The notes beneath the pieces were generated by a model that saw nothing but the letters and a program-made list of their open reading frames with translations, ran no database searches and was not told the DNA's origin. A DNA stretch of 54,354 nucleotides, counting the filler, from Jimgerdemannia flammicorona (lineage: Eukaryota), in the NCBI GenBank assembly GCA_003990765.1. It is 3 parts of 3 records of this genome, joined end to end, with 100 filler letters (N's around TTAATTAATTAA, not from the genome) between each part and the next. Parts side by side here need not be neighbours in the genome. Positions count along the whole stretch, not along the records: positions 1 to 18,054 come from RBNJ01002317.1; 2 more parts are not named here. The stretch is one strand, 5' to 3'. Below, one piece after another: positions 1-12,704 of the stretch. The translations under genes and the position numbers were made by a program. How positions within the stretch are numbered: position 1 is the stretch's first letter; each line of letters opens with the position of its first letter.

Positions 1-530
1 TTCCCCACCTCGCACCCCCCCACCCCATGTACGGACAGCCCGTCACCAAGGTTTTGATGACACCACCCGTCCATCCTCTTGCCTCGCCGGAATCCGATTT
101 CCAGAGTTATCTATGCGGGAAGGCCCATCATAGATGAAGCATCCAGACGTTACTTCCTTGAACCATAAGGCTCAGGGAATGGGGAATGGGTTCCGTAACA
201 TAGGGCCTACCTGCAGCAGGGTACGAGTGCGAATTGTACGCTGCCAAAAGGTACCTACCTGCGACAGGATATGTATGATACGGAAAGATGGCAGCTACGT
301 AGACGAATGGAAGAGATGTAAGATTTTATCGGTATCGGAACAAGAATAGATCGGATTCGAAAGCGGATGACTTACCCTTGATGGCATTGCATAGGTGACG
401 CGCGTTTATTGTGCCATTGTTAAAGCAAGAGGAGACACAATGAAAAGTGTTGGAGATGGATCGAAATTTATAGACATTCTGAGTGGCTTACCTAAGACTG
501 CTTTACCGCACGCACTCCACATTTTCGAAG
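1..530 (-). other. Possible 5' exons of an unidentified spliced gene running off the window start
   Basis: Minus-strand GTAAG/GTAGG donors near 491, 376 and 209, YAG acceptors near 258 and 111; CpG-containing, balanced-GC DNA. No recognisable protein and frame uncertain. Confidence 0.2.
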
Positions 531-1879
531 ACTGCGGATTGTGATTGGCGGAAAAGGGGAGGAGAGGAAACGAATTTTGTTATTGGAGGTATGAAGACGA
601 TCGCGACTGGTGATGTCACAGGTGGACATAAATAATGTGACGGTGGGGGGGGAACAACGCAGGCGAGACAGAGACAGAGAAAGAGAATACTGTGTGTACC
701 GCGAAATCAGAAGGTTGAGTGAGTTGAGAAGGCAGGTGGAAGCACTCAGAGGTAGGTGGGGGCAGTGCTATTCAATTCGACGGTTATGAATGGTTATGGA
801 AAGGCCGATTGTTGGCTGACAAGCGCAATATTATAGTCAACGATTCTTTTGCATGCGTTTTCCGTTTCCGCGTTCGCAGTTTTATTCGTCTACTTACCAG
901 AGTCGCAGTGTTGTTTACCTTCAACGCCGGCGCTCATTACTGCCTCCACCACGAAACTTGGTTGTGGTATTCACCGCATTCGAACGCTTTACCAGTAGTT
1001 CCGCCGGTTCGTCGGCACGGGTTTGTCGTATCAGTTCAGTGACTATTGGTTGAGAAGTTTTGAGGGGAAAAAAAAATGAGTCTCGCAACGATAACCTATT
1101 ACGCTACCATCTTTCTGCGGGGTAAGTAACAGCAGGTATACCTAATACAAGAGGCAAGAGGGAAGGCGCTTCACTTAGAAGAAAAAAAAAGAGGATAAAC
1201 AAGCATCACATGATGAATTTCATCGTGTCGTCATGATGATTTACAATGTCGCAGTGTGTTGCTGTAGCGCAGTGATTGTGACCTGTCATGTTACAAGATA
1301 TTTTGGCCGTGTTTTATTTCTGTCCTTTAATTGCGCGTACCCAATAGTCCGTCGTTGTTCTTTCTCCTTCCAACTAATGTTCTGCGCCGCATACACATTA
1401 AGCTCATCTTCGCCCAAGCGATCATTGGTGATGAACACGAACATTATTGTCATCGTCGTAGTAATTCACGACTCAAAAAAAAATATTTATCGCTATCTCC
1501 CTGAAGCACGACGACCATCCCGGTGAAGAGAAAGAAATCTCCCGTAATGAAATCTGACCGTTCATCTTGTTTGGGACGGGTAGGTAAGCTGGGTGTAGTA
1601 GCCGTGACCGACTTTGGAGACCTTGAGATTCACCGGTTAGCGTCGGCGAGATTTTCGAGACCATATCGAAGCTGAGCATGAAGCTCTTCTATGATAAGCG
1701 GAGAGAAATGTGTGTATACTTTTTTGAGCCATTGAACAGTTTGAAGCGGGTGTGTGTGTGCCATCATAGATACTGCGAACGAACAAGACAAATCCCAATT
1801 CAGGCTTGTAATTCTCAACGTCCCTTTTGACATCTCACAATGCATGCATATTCTGTGACCTAGGCGTTGCGAGACCTAC

Positions 1880-2370
1880 AAATATATTTTGTAAATTTTG
1901 AATAAATTTTAAATATGTGAGAGAAATGCAATAAGAATTTTATACATTAGTAATAAATTAGGGGTAAGCTAATATTATATATATATATTATGAAATATAA
2001 AATCATAAAGAAAAAAGAAGAATATTATTATTATTTAATATTATTTAAAAAGTCAATATATAATTATAAATCAGTTTAAGTTTATATATAAATCAGATAT
2101 CAAATATATTATATATAATAGTATCTCAGCTCTATGATAATTATATAAGTATTTATATATTGAGAGTAGATAATAGAAGTCAGCTGTAAGATTTATTCTC
2201 TTATATAGTTTCTTTTATTATTTTTATAATATTTCATTTAATATAGTTTTTTGAAAGATATTTAATCTTTAAGATGATATTGAATGAAATAAATAAAAGA
2301 GTTTCTTTTATAATATTATCCTCAGTTTTATAGTACTCAATATTATTTTTGGATTTATTTATATTATAAC
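1880..2370. repeat. Highly AT-rich decayed repeat, unclassified; probably continues at 16319-17763 and 34438-34660
   Basis: Abrupt loss of CpG and GC at about 1880; same composition resumes after the Tc1 right TIR. No domain recognised. Confidence 0.45.
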
Positions 2371-4900
2371 TATAGTGACTTTCAAAACTGATCCAATGTT
2401 TCAATATTTTTTACTTTTTATTATTTTAGAAATATAAAAAAATAGATAAAAATATGAAACTAGAATATATCATAGTCCTATATCAAAGATTTTTATAGAT
2501 ACTAATTTTGTTATATTTGGTATTAATTTTGCTATAGAAAATAATTTTTAAAAAGACCAGTATATTGGACCAGTTTTGGAATGACCAATTTGATAAATAC
2601 TGAATATAATACTGGTTAATACTTTACATAACCACCTTTTGTCTTATATATTATGCTGATATATCTTGGTATATCATCAATTAAATCTATATATATTTGT
2701 CTAGAAATTACATTCCATTCATATTCCACATATTCTCAAAACTCATATATATCCTTTGCTAGTTTCTTATATAGATTAAACTATCTTTTAAAATATGCCC
2801 ACAGATATTCAATTGGACTTAGGTCTAGGAACTATATCAGTCAGTCTAAAAGACAAATGCTGTTAGTTTTGAACTACTTTATTACTATTTATAATATGTA
2901 TTTTGAGTTATTGTCTTGTTAAAATATTAGTTTTTTTTAATTAATCTTGAAATACTTGATCAATTTCTTTAATTTATTATCAAGAATACTTTCATAAAGC
3001 TCAGCATTTATTCTTTCTTCAATCTTACATATATAGTCAGCATCATAGTAATTTATATAACCTCAAACCATAATAGTACTATCTCAAACTTTAAAGTTAT
3101 ATAGTATTATATAGTTCTCTTTCAATGATTTGTCTTAATGTTTTTATATTTATTATTAACTATTAGATCCAAAATAGTTAATTTTGATCTTATCAGAGAA
3201 TATAATATACTTCTAGTACTCTGAACAAATGAAGTTGATCCAGATGAGATTCGATTTAGATTTATCATATAATAGATTTGAATTAACTCAGATTGATCCA
3301 GATTGATCCATCTGAATTGATCCATCTGGATTGATCCATTCAGATTGAAATCTTTAGTGATATCACCCTTTCTTTTATTTATTTCTCTCTTATTTTTTTT
3401 TCTTGCCACACTTTGGTGACATCACTCTTTTCTTTTGTTCTCTCTCTTCTTTTGTTCTTTTCTTTGTTCTTTTTCTTTATCCTTTCTTACTACATTATGG
3501 GCAAAAAAAATAACAGCTCTTAATTCATACATTAGTCTAGTTTACTTATTTTTTACTCTGTAATAATTATCAAAAGAGAGAGTATTTGAGGTGGAAACAC
3601 ACTCTCTGCTGACAATGTTAGATTTTTTCTTATATGGACAGTGTACAAGCTACTCATTGAGAGCCAAAGGGGTGATGGTGGTGATAATGGTGGTGGTGAT
3701 GGCAATAGTAGTGGTAATGGTGATAGCAATAGTAGAGATGAGAGAGAATTTTGGCAACAACTTATAGTGGTCCTTTGGACCTTGAAATTTACAGATCTTA
3801 CAGCTATGTATATGGCAGTCTTTTTGAAGTAGTCAATAGTAGATATAGGTTGCTCACTTGACTACCACTTATTTACTTGTATTTATTTAAATTTCTCCAG
3901 CACAATCCAATTTATCTTGTGCTTTTCTTAGGATCTACAGCTCTATAGTGAGATCTGCTGACTTTATTTGCAATATCTGGTCAAGATGAAGAAAGGCTGG
4001 TAGATATTGCAGAGTATACCTTTGGTGGCTGAGCTATTGAGTCAATACATCATATAGCAGAGGTCTCAAAAGGAATAGAAGCAAGCCTTTATAAGTAATC
4101 TTATATAACTTATATAACTTATATAACTCATCAGCATGCAACTCATTAGTATATAGCTCACTCACTTACTCACTTACTTACTCATGCTCTTTTTCTGAAA
4201 TACTTATCTCTATGTTTTATTTAATTTTATTTTTTATATGATCTCTCTCTAAAAAACACCTACACCTATATACAACCTATCTGCATGCAATCTGTCCACA
4301 TATAACCCATCTGCATACAACCCATCTATATGCAACCTATCTGTATACAACCTGTCTGCATACTTATCTCAGTCTCTCAGATCAGAGCTCAGTTTTATTG
4401 GAAAAGAGAGTTCAAAGTTACTCAAGTTCAATCATGTCTAGTATCTGATCAAATAGAGAAATTCAAGGGCAAGATATTCAGCATGAGTAGTACTAGCATC
4501 ATTATTAAGGCTTGGGGGTCTATATTTGAATTAGAGTCAATCATTCTTAACTAAGAGGTCTATTGGCCAGCAGGAGTAACCAATGATGAAGAGAACTATA
4601 TCATTATTAATAAATGTAGAGAGGTGGTTACAATGGTGGTAAGGAATCTCTATAGTAATAAGCTTTACTACCACATCAACAAGATTTGCAAGAATTGTAT
4701 CAAATATCAGGTAGCAGGAAAGAGGGGGCAAAAAAAGCAAAGAGAGGGGATTTGGATGAGAATTGGATATACTGTAATACTGGTGAAGAGTAGGTTCCAG
4801 AGTTCCAAAATCTCCCACACTTGTCTCTCTTTTTTTTACTCCTCTCCAGATAAATCACACTCTTTACTAATAACTTTTTTTGATATAATTCCAGAGATGC

Positions 4901-5356
4901 TATAATAATTTCATAGTTATATTTAGTCTTAGTATATTTTTACATCTTTTAGTTAGTCTTTTCTTGTCATTTCTTGAACATTTTACTATATTCCATCACC
5001 TTCTACTTGCTTAGAAACCTTCTCTCAATACCCAAACACTACTAGAACATTCTTATCTTTCCTTAGATCTTATCTTAGCTAGTTATGGAACCTTTTGGAA
5101 CATTATAGAATAGTATTAGTCAGCTTTGCCAAGAACCTATTTCTTGGCATTTCTCTTTCTTTCCAAGATCCTTCTGGATCTTTCTTTCAGATTATGTATA
5201 AATATTCTTATTCTCTATCTGAATAAAGCTCAGAATATTTTCTCTCAGAAATCCTTTGAGAATACTTGAACCTTTAAGTATCTCTTCAAGCTACTTTAGA
5301 CCAACCAGAACTTCCAGATTTAGCCACTTCCTCTTAAAGAAACTAGAACCATTATA
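4901..5356 (+). repeat. 5' LTR of family A element
   Basis: Direct repeat of 10515-10978, differing mainly by transitions. Confidence 0.9.
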
Positions 5357-6409
5357 CTTAGTAGCAGTAGTGTTATTATATCTTACCTTATTAAGAAACC
5401 TCACATGAATTTGGAAACCAGTCACAACTAGTCACATGAACCCAAAATGAGCTATGAAGAGTCAGTCTACTAGCCAGACCCCTCTACTACAAAAGAAGCA
5501 GGAGGATTGTAGCTCAACATAGAAGATATGATTAATGCTATAGTCTACCAAATTCAAGAACTTCAAGTACAACTAAAATACCAGAAAACACAAACTATGG
5601 GAACATTACATTCTGCTATAGCACTAGTTAGTTTTAAGTCACTCAAGTCAGATATCTTCAACAGTTATTGAGGAGGACTATCTACAGATGCATGGACCTT
5701 CTAGTTGAACTAATATTTTGAACTCATAAGAATGGAAAATGACATATAAGTTCAATTTGCTGCCACACTCCTCTGAGGAAATATAGCCATCTAGTAGCAC
5801 AATCATATCATGGTTACATTGGTATACTTATATACATAAATCAGAGATTGGAAAGCTTTCAAGAGAGCTCTTCACAAGCAGTTCAAGTCTGCTAATGCTA
5901 CCAAGCTAGCCAGGGACAAGCTAGTGAATATCAAGCAACTCAAATCTATAATACACAATTCTTATCAATCCTACTTGAGCTATCAGTAGTATCCAAGAAT
6001 GAAAAGATAGACTGCTATGTCTGAGGTCTGAAGAGAAATACATGAGTCAAGGTTGAGCTAGAAGAGTCTAAATCTCTTGATGAAGCCATGAGAATTACTG
6101 ATAGATTTGATGTTATCACCTTTGGCAACTGCTTTAAACCAGAATGCCACAAGAAGAACCACTTTGAGAACTGCCACAGAAATCAACCAAGAATAGTTGA
6201 CCTGACACCAATGGACTTAGATACTATGAACAAAAAGAACACTAAGCTCATTCTTGAAGAAAAGGACCACTTGAAGAAATCCAGAGCCTGTTTTTTCTGT
6301 TACCAAATAGAACACATTGCAACCAATATCCTAGGAAGACTAGCAAACCCTCAAGACTAGTTACCATATTGTCCAAGGATACACTGGTTAATCCCACTAT
6401 CAGTCAACT

Positions 6410-6822
6410 TGAGTTCAAGGTCAAGAAGCTTCATCTGAAGACTCAGGTCTCTCAATATTAAACAGAAGGAGCCATTGGTCTTGACCTATACTTAGTCAAA
6501 CAAGTCACTATTCTAGCCAAGGGCCACACTCTAGTGTTTACTAGAATTACAGTTCAATGTTCTAAAGGATATTATACTAGAATTGTACCATAATTAAAAC
6601 TCAGTATCAAATATCATTTAGATATAGGTGCTAGTGTTATTGACCCAGACTTTCAAGGATAAGTTCAAGTCTTGCTTGTCAACCAGAAAGATTAAGACTA
6701 TATAGTTAAAGAAGGAGACTAAGTCATGCAAATGATCCTAGAAGAAGCCAGTCAACTCAAGATTACAGAAGTCCAAGAACTCCCTAAAACCAAATGAGAT
6801 CAAAAGGGTTTTAGTAGCACTA
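6410..6822 (+). pseudogene. dUTPase domain between gag and protease in family A
   Basis: VKVKKLH...GAIGLDL...GASVIDPDFQG*VQVLLVN...GD*VMQMI...K*DQKGFSST matches trimeric dUTPase motifs. Confidence 0.85.
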
Positions 6823-9800
6823 ATCAAGCAGTAAGTTTTAGTGAAAATCAAGCTCAAGCTATGCTCATTTTCAAAGACCTAGTTAAAGGAAAAGAAGTTC
6901 AAGTACTCATAGACAGTGGTGCTGCAGAGAATTTAATTAATCAGAATCTCATTGAAAGTCTCAAGATTCTTACCAAGCCTACTCCTAAGAATAATAGTAT
7001 AGTCACTGCAGATAGTACTCTACACCCCATCAAGTCAATTGCTGCCAAACTGCCCATTAAGATCTAGAAATATTGAGAATGAGTAGACCTTGAGGTTGCA
7101 CCACTAGGAGATCATGACCTGATCTTAGGAAAACCCTGGCTTATAAAGCATAACTCAGATATTAATTGGTATAAAAATGAAGTCACCCTACTTTAAGATG
7201 GAGCCAACATTATAATTAAGACAGACAAGACCATGAGCAAGACCTAGATTATAATACTGTCAGCTATACAGTATAAGAAAGCACTCAAGAAGGTAATGTA
7301 TGCCTTTGTTATAATGATCCACTCTAAAAAACAAGACAAGAGACTATCAGTTAATGAAAGTATCCAGCTACTGCTAGAAAAATTCAAGGATGTCTTTCCA
7401 GACAAGCTATCTGGTCTACTACCTACATGAGAAGTTGATCATGAAATTAAATAGACCCCAGGAGCTATATCACTCAAGAAACATATATACTATATATCAC
7501 CACTTGAAATTGAAACAGTCAAGAAGGAACTAGAAGAACTACTTATATGAGGAGCCATTTAGCCAAGCAAATCTCCTTATGGCTCACCAGTCTTATTTGT
7601 CAAGAAGAAGGATGGTACTCTGAGACTATCATGCACTCAACAAACTTAATGTCAAGAACCACTATCTACTACCCTTGATTGATCAAATCTTTGATGCTCT
7701 CAAGAATACCAAGTACTTCACCAAGTTAGATCTCATGTCAGGATACCACCAGATCTGAATCAAGCCAGAAGACATTCCCAAGACTGCATTCATGACCCTC
7801 TTTGGACTCTATGAATTTCTGGTCTTAGTATTTGGTCTCACCAATATACCCACTACATTCCAGACCCTGATGAATAAGATATTCAAGAACCAATTATTTA
7901 TTTTTCTATTAGTATATCTTGATGACATCCTAATCTTTAGTGTAACTAAAGAAGAACACCTCAAACACATTTGAATAGTCCTGGAGATCCTGTGAAAATA
8001 CAAGCTTTATGCCAAGCTCAAGAAGTATAAATTCTTCAAGGAATAAGTTGAATACCTTAGCTACATTATCTCTGTATAAGGAATTCAAGTAGACCTACAT
8101 AAGATAGAAGTAATTGAAAAATGATCCATTCTATCAAATCTTACAGAACTCTGATCCTTCCTTAGTCTAGCTGGCTATTACTACCACTTTGTCAGAAACT
8201 TCTCTAGTATTGCTGAGCCACTGACTAATCTCATGAGGAAGACCCCACACTCAGATCACTATGTACCCTACATCTGGGACCTCTTCTGTCAACAAGTCTT
8301 TCAAGAACTCAAGAACTGCCTGACCTATACTCCAGTTTTACATAATACAGATCAAGGCCTAAAATTTATAGTCACTACTGATGTGTCAAATTTCACCATT
8401 AGAGTAGTCCTATTATAAAATAATAGTAAAGGACATTGCTCTATTGCTTTCAAGTCCTGCAAGCTGGCCCCAGCTGAACAAAAGCTAGCTACTCATGAGA
8501 AGGAACTATTAGTAATAATATATACACTAGACTACTGTGATGCTATCTAGAAGATATTGAGTTTGATGTCATTACTGATCATTAATCTCTCAAATACATC
8601 AACATCTAATCTACTCTGTCACATCTACAAGCCAAGTGGAGCCTCAAGCTTCAAACCTTCAATCTGACAATCATATATAAGCCTGGCAAGATACTTATAG
8701 TATCAGATGCCTTATCAAGACACCCAGACCTCACCATAATCATATAAGTCACCTTGGTATCAGAATTCCTAACAAATCAGACAAGCTTACAAAAAAGACA
8801 CAGTTACCACTAGAGTTTTCTTAAATGAACTCAAGGATATATATACTGTTGAGAACAACCTAATCTATCATCAAGACTAAGTCTATCTATCTGAAAACAT
8901 GAATCTATACTATAAGGTTTTGCAAGAACACTATGACTCCCCTCTTGCTGGTCACCTGGAAATTGAGAAGACTGTTAAGAACATCCAATGCTGCTACTAT
9001 TGGCCAAATATGATCAAGGAAATCAAGAACTATATTTCCAGCTGTGAGCTATATCAGTATAACAAGTCTACCAACTAAGTATCTGCCAGTTTGCTACAGC
9101 TACTGCCAATTCCTACTAAGAAGTTTGAGCAAGTCACTATAGATTTTATAACTCAACTACCATGAACTCAATCTGGTGCTGATGCTATCATCATATTTGT
9201 TGACCACCTGACCAAGACTATGGTTACTGAACTAACTACTACCAATGCTACTACACCTAAGATTATAAGAATCTTCTTCAAGTCCATCTTCTGTCACTAT
9301 AGTCTACTCCAAGTAATTGTTAGCAATTATGATCCCAAGTTCACCAGTCACTTCTAGCAAACCCTCTTCAAGACTCTGGAAATCCAATTGGCTATGTCTA
9401 CTGTCTTTTACCTACAAACTGATGGACAAACTGAGTACATGAATAGAACTCTAGAATAAATACTTAGAAACTATGTTTCTTACAAGTAAGATGATTGAGA
9501 CATCTACCTAACTTATGTAGAGTTTGTATACAACAATGCTGTCCAATCATCTACTGGTCTTTCTCCTTTCCAGTTACTCTACAGTCAATTCTGAGACCCC
9601 TGTAAGTCTATTCTCTTTCAAGAAAACTAGTCAAATACAAGTTCCAACCACCAAGAACCTTATAGACAAAATAGATAAACTACTTAAGATTGCTACTGTG
9701 AATCTTCAGAAGGCTCAACAATATCAAGCCAAGTATGCTGATAAGAAATACCATAATGTCACTTATACTGTTGGAGATCAAGTCCTACTGTCTACCAAGA

Positions 9801-10034
9801 ATCTCAAGATACAATCTCAAGTCAACTGCTCTTTAAACAAGTTCCAACCCAAGTATATCAGATCTTTTGAGATTACTGAACAAGTCTCTGTATCCTCCTA
9901 CTATCTCAAGCTACCTGAAACCATGAGAGTACACTCAGTCTTTCATATATTATACCTCAAGATCTGAAACCAGTCACCACCCTACTCTGGTTGAATTTTT
10001 AAGTCTTCTGCTCCTGTGATTATTGAAGACCATA

Positions 10035-10185
10035 TTGAGTATGAAGCTGAGAAAATCCTTGACAAATGAATCTGCTACCATCATCCTGAATACCTAGTCA
10101 AGTAGATAGATTATCCCAAATATGATACTATCTAGGAACTACTGATCAACCTCAAGAACTCTCAAGATCTAGTTCAAGACTTCGA
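10035..10185 (+). pseudogene. Integrase C-terminal chromodomain
   Basis: EYEAEKILDK*ICYHHPEYLVK*IDYPKYDTI*ELLINLKNSQDLVQDF; stops fall at conserved Arg/Trp positions. Confidence 0.85.
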
Positions 10186-10514
10186 GGCAAAATATATTAC
10201 CCAATCTCTATAGTAACTTCCTTGGATTGTTGACAACTTATGGTAATAACCAGTGCCTTATGTATTGGAAGTTTACTTTGGGACTCTAGAACTAGCAGAA
10301 TATTTAATAAACAAAAAGTCCACTGAAATAAAGCTACTAGCTGGGTTTGAATATCTTTCAGTTGGTTAGTCTAGTAATAGGTCTTCTGCCCTATATAAGA
10401 ATGGTCAATCCTCACCAATACACTGATTTAAGTTTGAGAAATTTTGATTAAGTATATCTAGTCTTGTATTATCTAAGAACTCAATGAGGACATTAATTCT
10501 TAAGGAGGGAGAAA

Positions 10515-10978
10515 TATAATAATTTCACAGTTATATTTAGTCTTAGTATATTTTTGTATCTTTTAGTTAGTCTTTTCTTGTCATTTCTTAAATATTCTAC
10601 TATGTTCCATCACCTTCTATTTGCTTAGAAACCTTCTCTTAGTGCCCAGACACTACCAGAACATTCTTGTCTTTCCTTGGTACCAAGTATCTTATCTTAA
10701 CTAGTTATGGAACCTTTTAGAACATTGTAGAATAGTATTAGTCAGCTTTACCAAGAACCTATTTCTTGGTATTTCTCTTTCTTTCCAAGATTCTTCTGGA
10801 TCTTTCTTTCAGATTATATATAAATATCCTTATTCTCTGCCTGAATAAAGCTCAGAATATTTTCTCTCAGAAATTCTTCAAGAATACTTAAACCTTTAAG
10901 TATCTCTTTGAGCTACTTTAGATCAACCAGAACTTTCAGATTTAGCTACTTCCTCTTAAAGAAACTAGAACCATTACA
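10515..10978 (+). repeat. 3' LTR of family A element
   Basis: Follows PPT; ends ...ccattaca. Confidence 0.9.
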
Positions 10979-11689
10979 GATATACAAGATTCTGTACCTC
11001 TATCAAAACTTTAGAAGTGCTATTGAAGAGCAAACTATGCACAAGCATAACATGGTCTGTGTAGCAATAACAGCCATGATCTGGGGTTCTTTGAGTAGAT
11101 TGGTAGAGTGTATAGCAGATCAGCTTGGTGGTAATCTTAGTGTGGCTGTATATATATTCTTGGTGCAATTTAGCATACTATATAAGATAAGAAGCTCTGC
11201 TTTTTTTGAGTGCTGCAGCCCAGGGGATTTCTGCAGCCTGGGGGGTTTCTGTCCCCCTATATACAAAAAGGACTGACTGGTTACCATCTATTTTGGCAGG
11301 TTTCTAAGCCAGAGCTCCCAGGGCTGGACTAAGAGCAGGCATCCACCAGTACAACCTGGCAGTATGAGGTCCTGGGCCAGGAGTTCATCCAACTATACAC
11401 TCATATCATATTAGGATATATTGGGTACAATATTTCTCTACCACATACAGAAAAAATGTCACTCTAGTAATATTTTACATTCCAGAAAAGAAGGGCCCAA
11501 TCTGAGAGGATAGTAGTGAAGTTTGATATAATCTCACCTATAGTTTCAGAGTCCTGTTTGTGGTCAACACAGCTATTCTATTCCAACCATATGACCACCA
11601 TAGTACTGTTGCCTTCAAGGAGAGCTTGGACACAATAGTTGTTATACTCACAACAGATGATAGACTCATCAAGGCCTGGAACCAGTGGG

Positions 11690-12560
11690 TGGAGCAGTTT
11701 TTGTGAGGGTTAGGAAATCTTTCATGAGAGTTAGGCAATATTTTGTGAGAGTTAGGCAGTCATTTTGTATAGATTGGGCAGTTTTTTGTGAGGGGTTGGG
11801 TCAGATGTCTCTTCTGTAGCACTAGTTTAGCTGTTATGTAAGGTCCTATCAGCCCCTTGGCCTTGCTCTGTAGTACTGCCAGTACAGTGCTATGGTGTAG
11901 GGCCAGGGTGCCTATGGGACCTGAACTGGCAATAGAGTCTAAATCTGTGGTAGACTTTGACTGCCAGAAGTACCCTCTGACCACTAGAAATACCCTCTGA
12001 CTGCCAGAAGCACTCTCTGATCACCAGAAGTACCCTTTAACTGCCAGAAGTACTCTCTGACCTAGACTTGGACTCTTTGGTGGCTTGGGGCTGCCTCTAT
12101 GCTACTGGTAGAGGGTTGCAAATTTTGCATACTCCCTCTGCCTGCTCTGCCCATCCTAGATACTTATGGCTTGGGACTGCTCCTTGCTGTCAGCAGAGGG
12201 CTGTAAATTTTGTGCACTCTCTCTGCTGACCCTGCATCTACCAACCCTGCCAACTGACCCTACTCACTAATCTGGGTACTGACAGCTTGGGGCTGCCCCT
12301 CACTGCTGGCAGAGGGCTGCAAATTTTATATGCTCCCTCTACCTACCCCCTCTCTATCAGCCCCCTTGACCTGGACACTTGTGGCTTAGGGCTGCTCCTT
12401 GCTGTCAGTAGAGGGTCACAAATTTTGTGCACTCTCTCTACTGACTCTGTGCCCACCCACTGATCCATCCACTGACCTGAGCACTGACAGCTTAAAGCTG
12501 CCCCTTGCTGCTAGTAGAGGGCTGCAAATTTTGCACACTCTCTCTGCTGCTGCCAATCAC
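11690..12560. repeat. Tandem repeat tracts inside the hAT element
   Basis: About 21-bp unit ctgccagaagtaccctctga (11960-12062), tttgtgagggttaggca units, and five copies of a gcttggggctgc...agagggctgcaaattttg unit. Confidence 0.8.
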
Positions 12561-12704
12561 TACCCCACTTGGGCCATAAACTCCAGGTCAAGTTCTTAGG
12601 TTTTTTTTCCCTTTTATTATTTTTGAAAGGTATTAAATATTCTATAAGACTAACTAACTTGTCTGCGAACCCCCAGGGTCTACTGAATTTTAGTAGCCCA
12701 AGCC

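Larger units (their letters stand above)
4901..10978 (+). mobile_element. Ty3/Gypsy chromovirus-type LTR retrotransposon (family A), full-length, degenerate; gag-dUTPase-PR-RT-RH-IN-chromodomain
   Basis: LTRs 4901-5356 and 10515-10978, PPT aaggagggagaaa, decayed TSD gatgc/gatat; zinc knuckle CFFCYQIEH, protease [35 protein letters not shown], chromodomain EYEAEKILDK...EYLVK. Confidence 0.92.

Noticed and set aside
809..1845. Short ORFs in the balanced-GC left end
   Set aside because: No recognisable domains or consistent exon chain.
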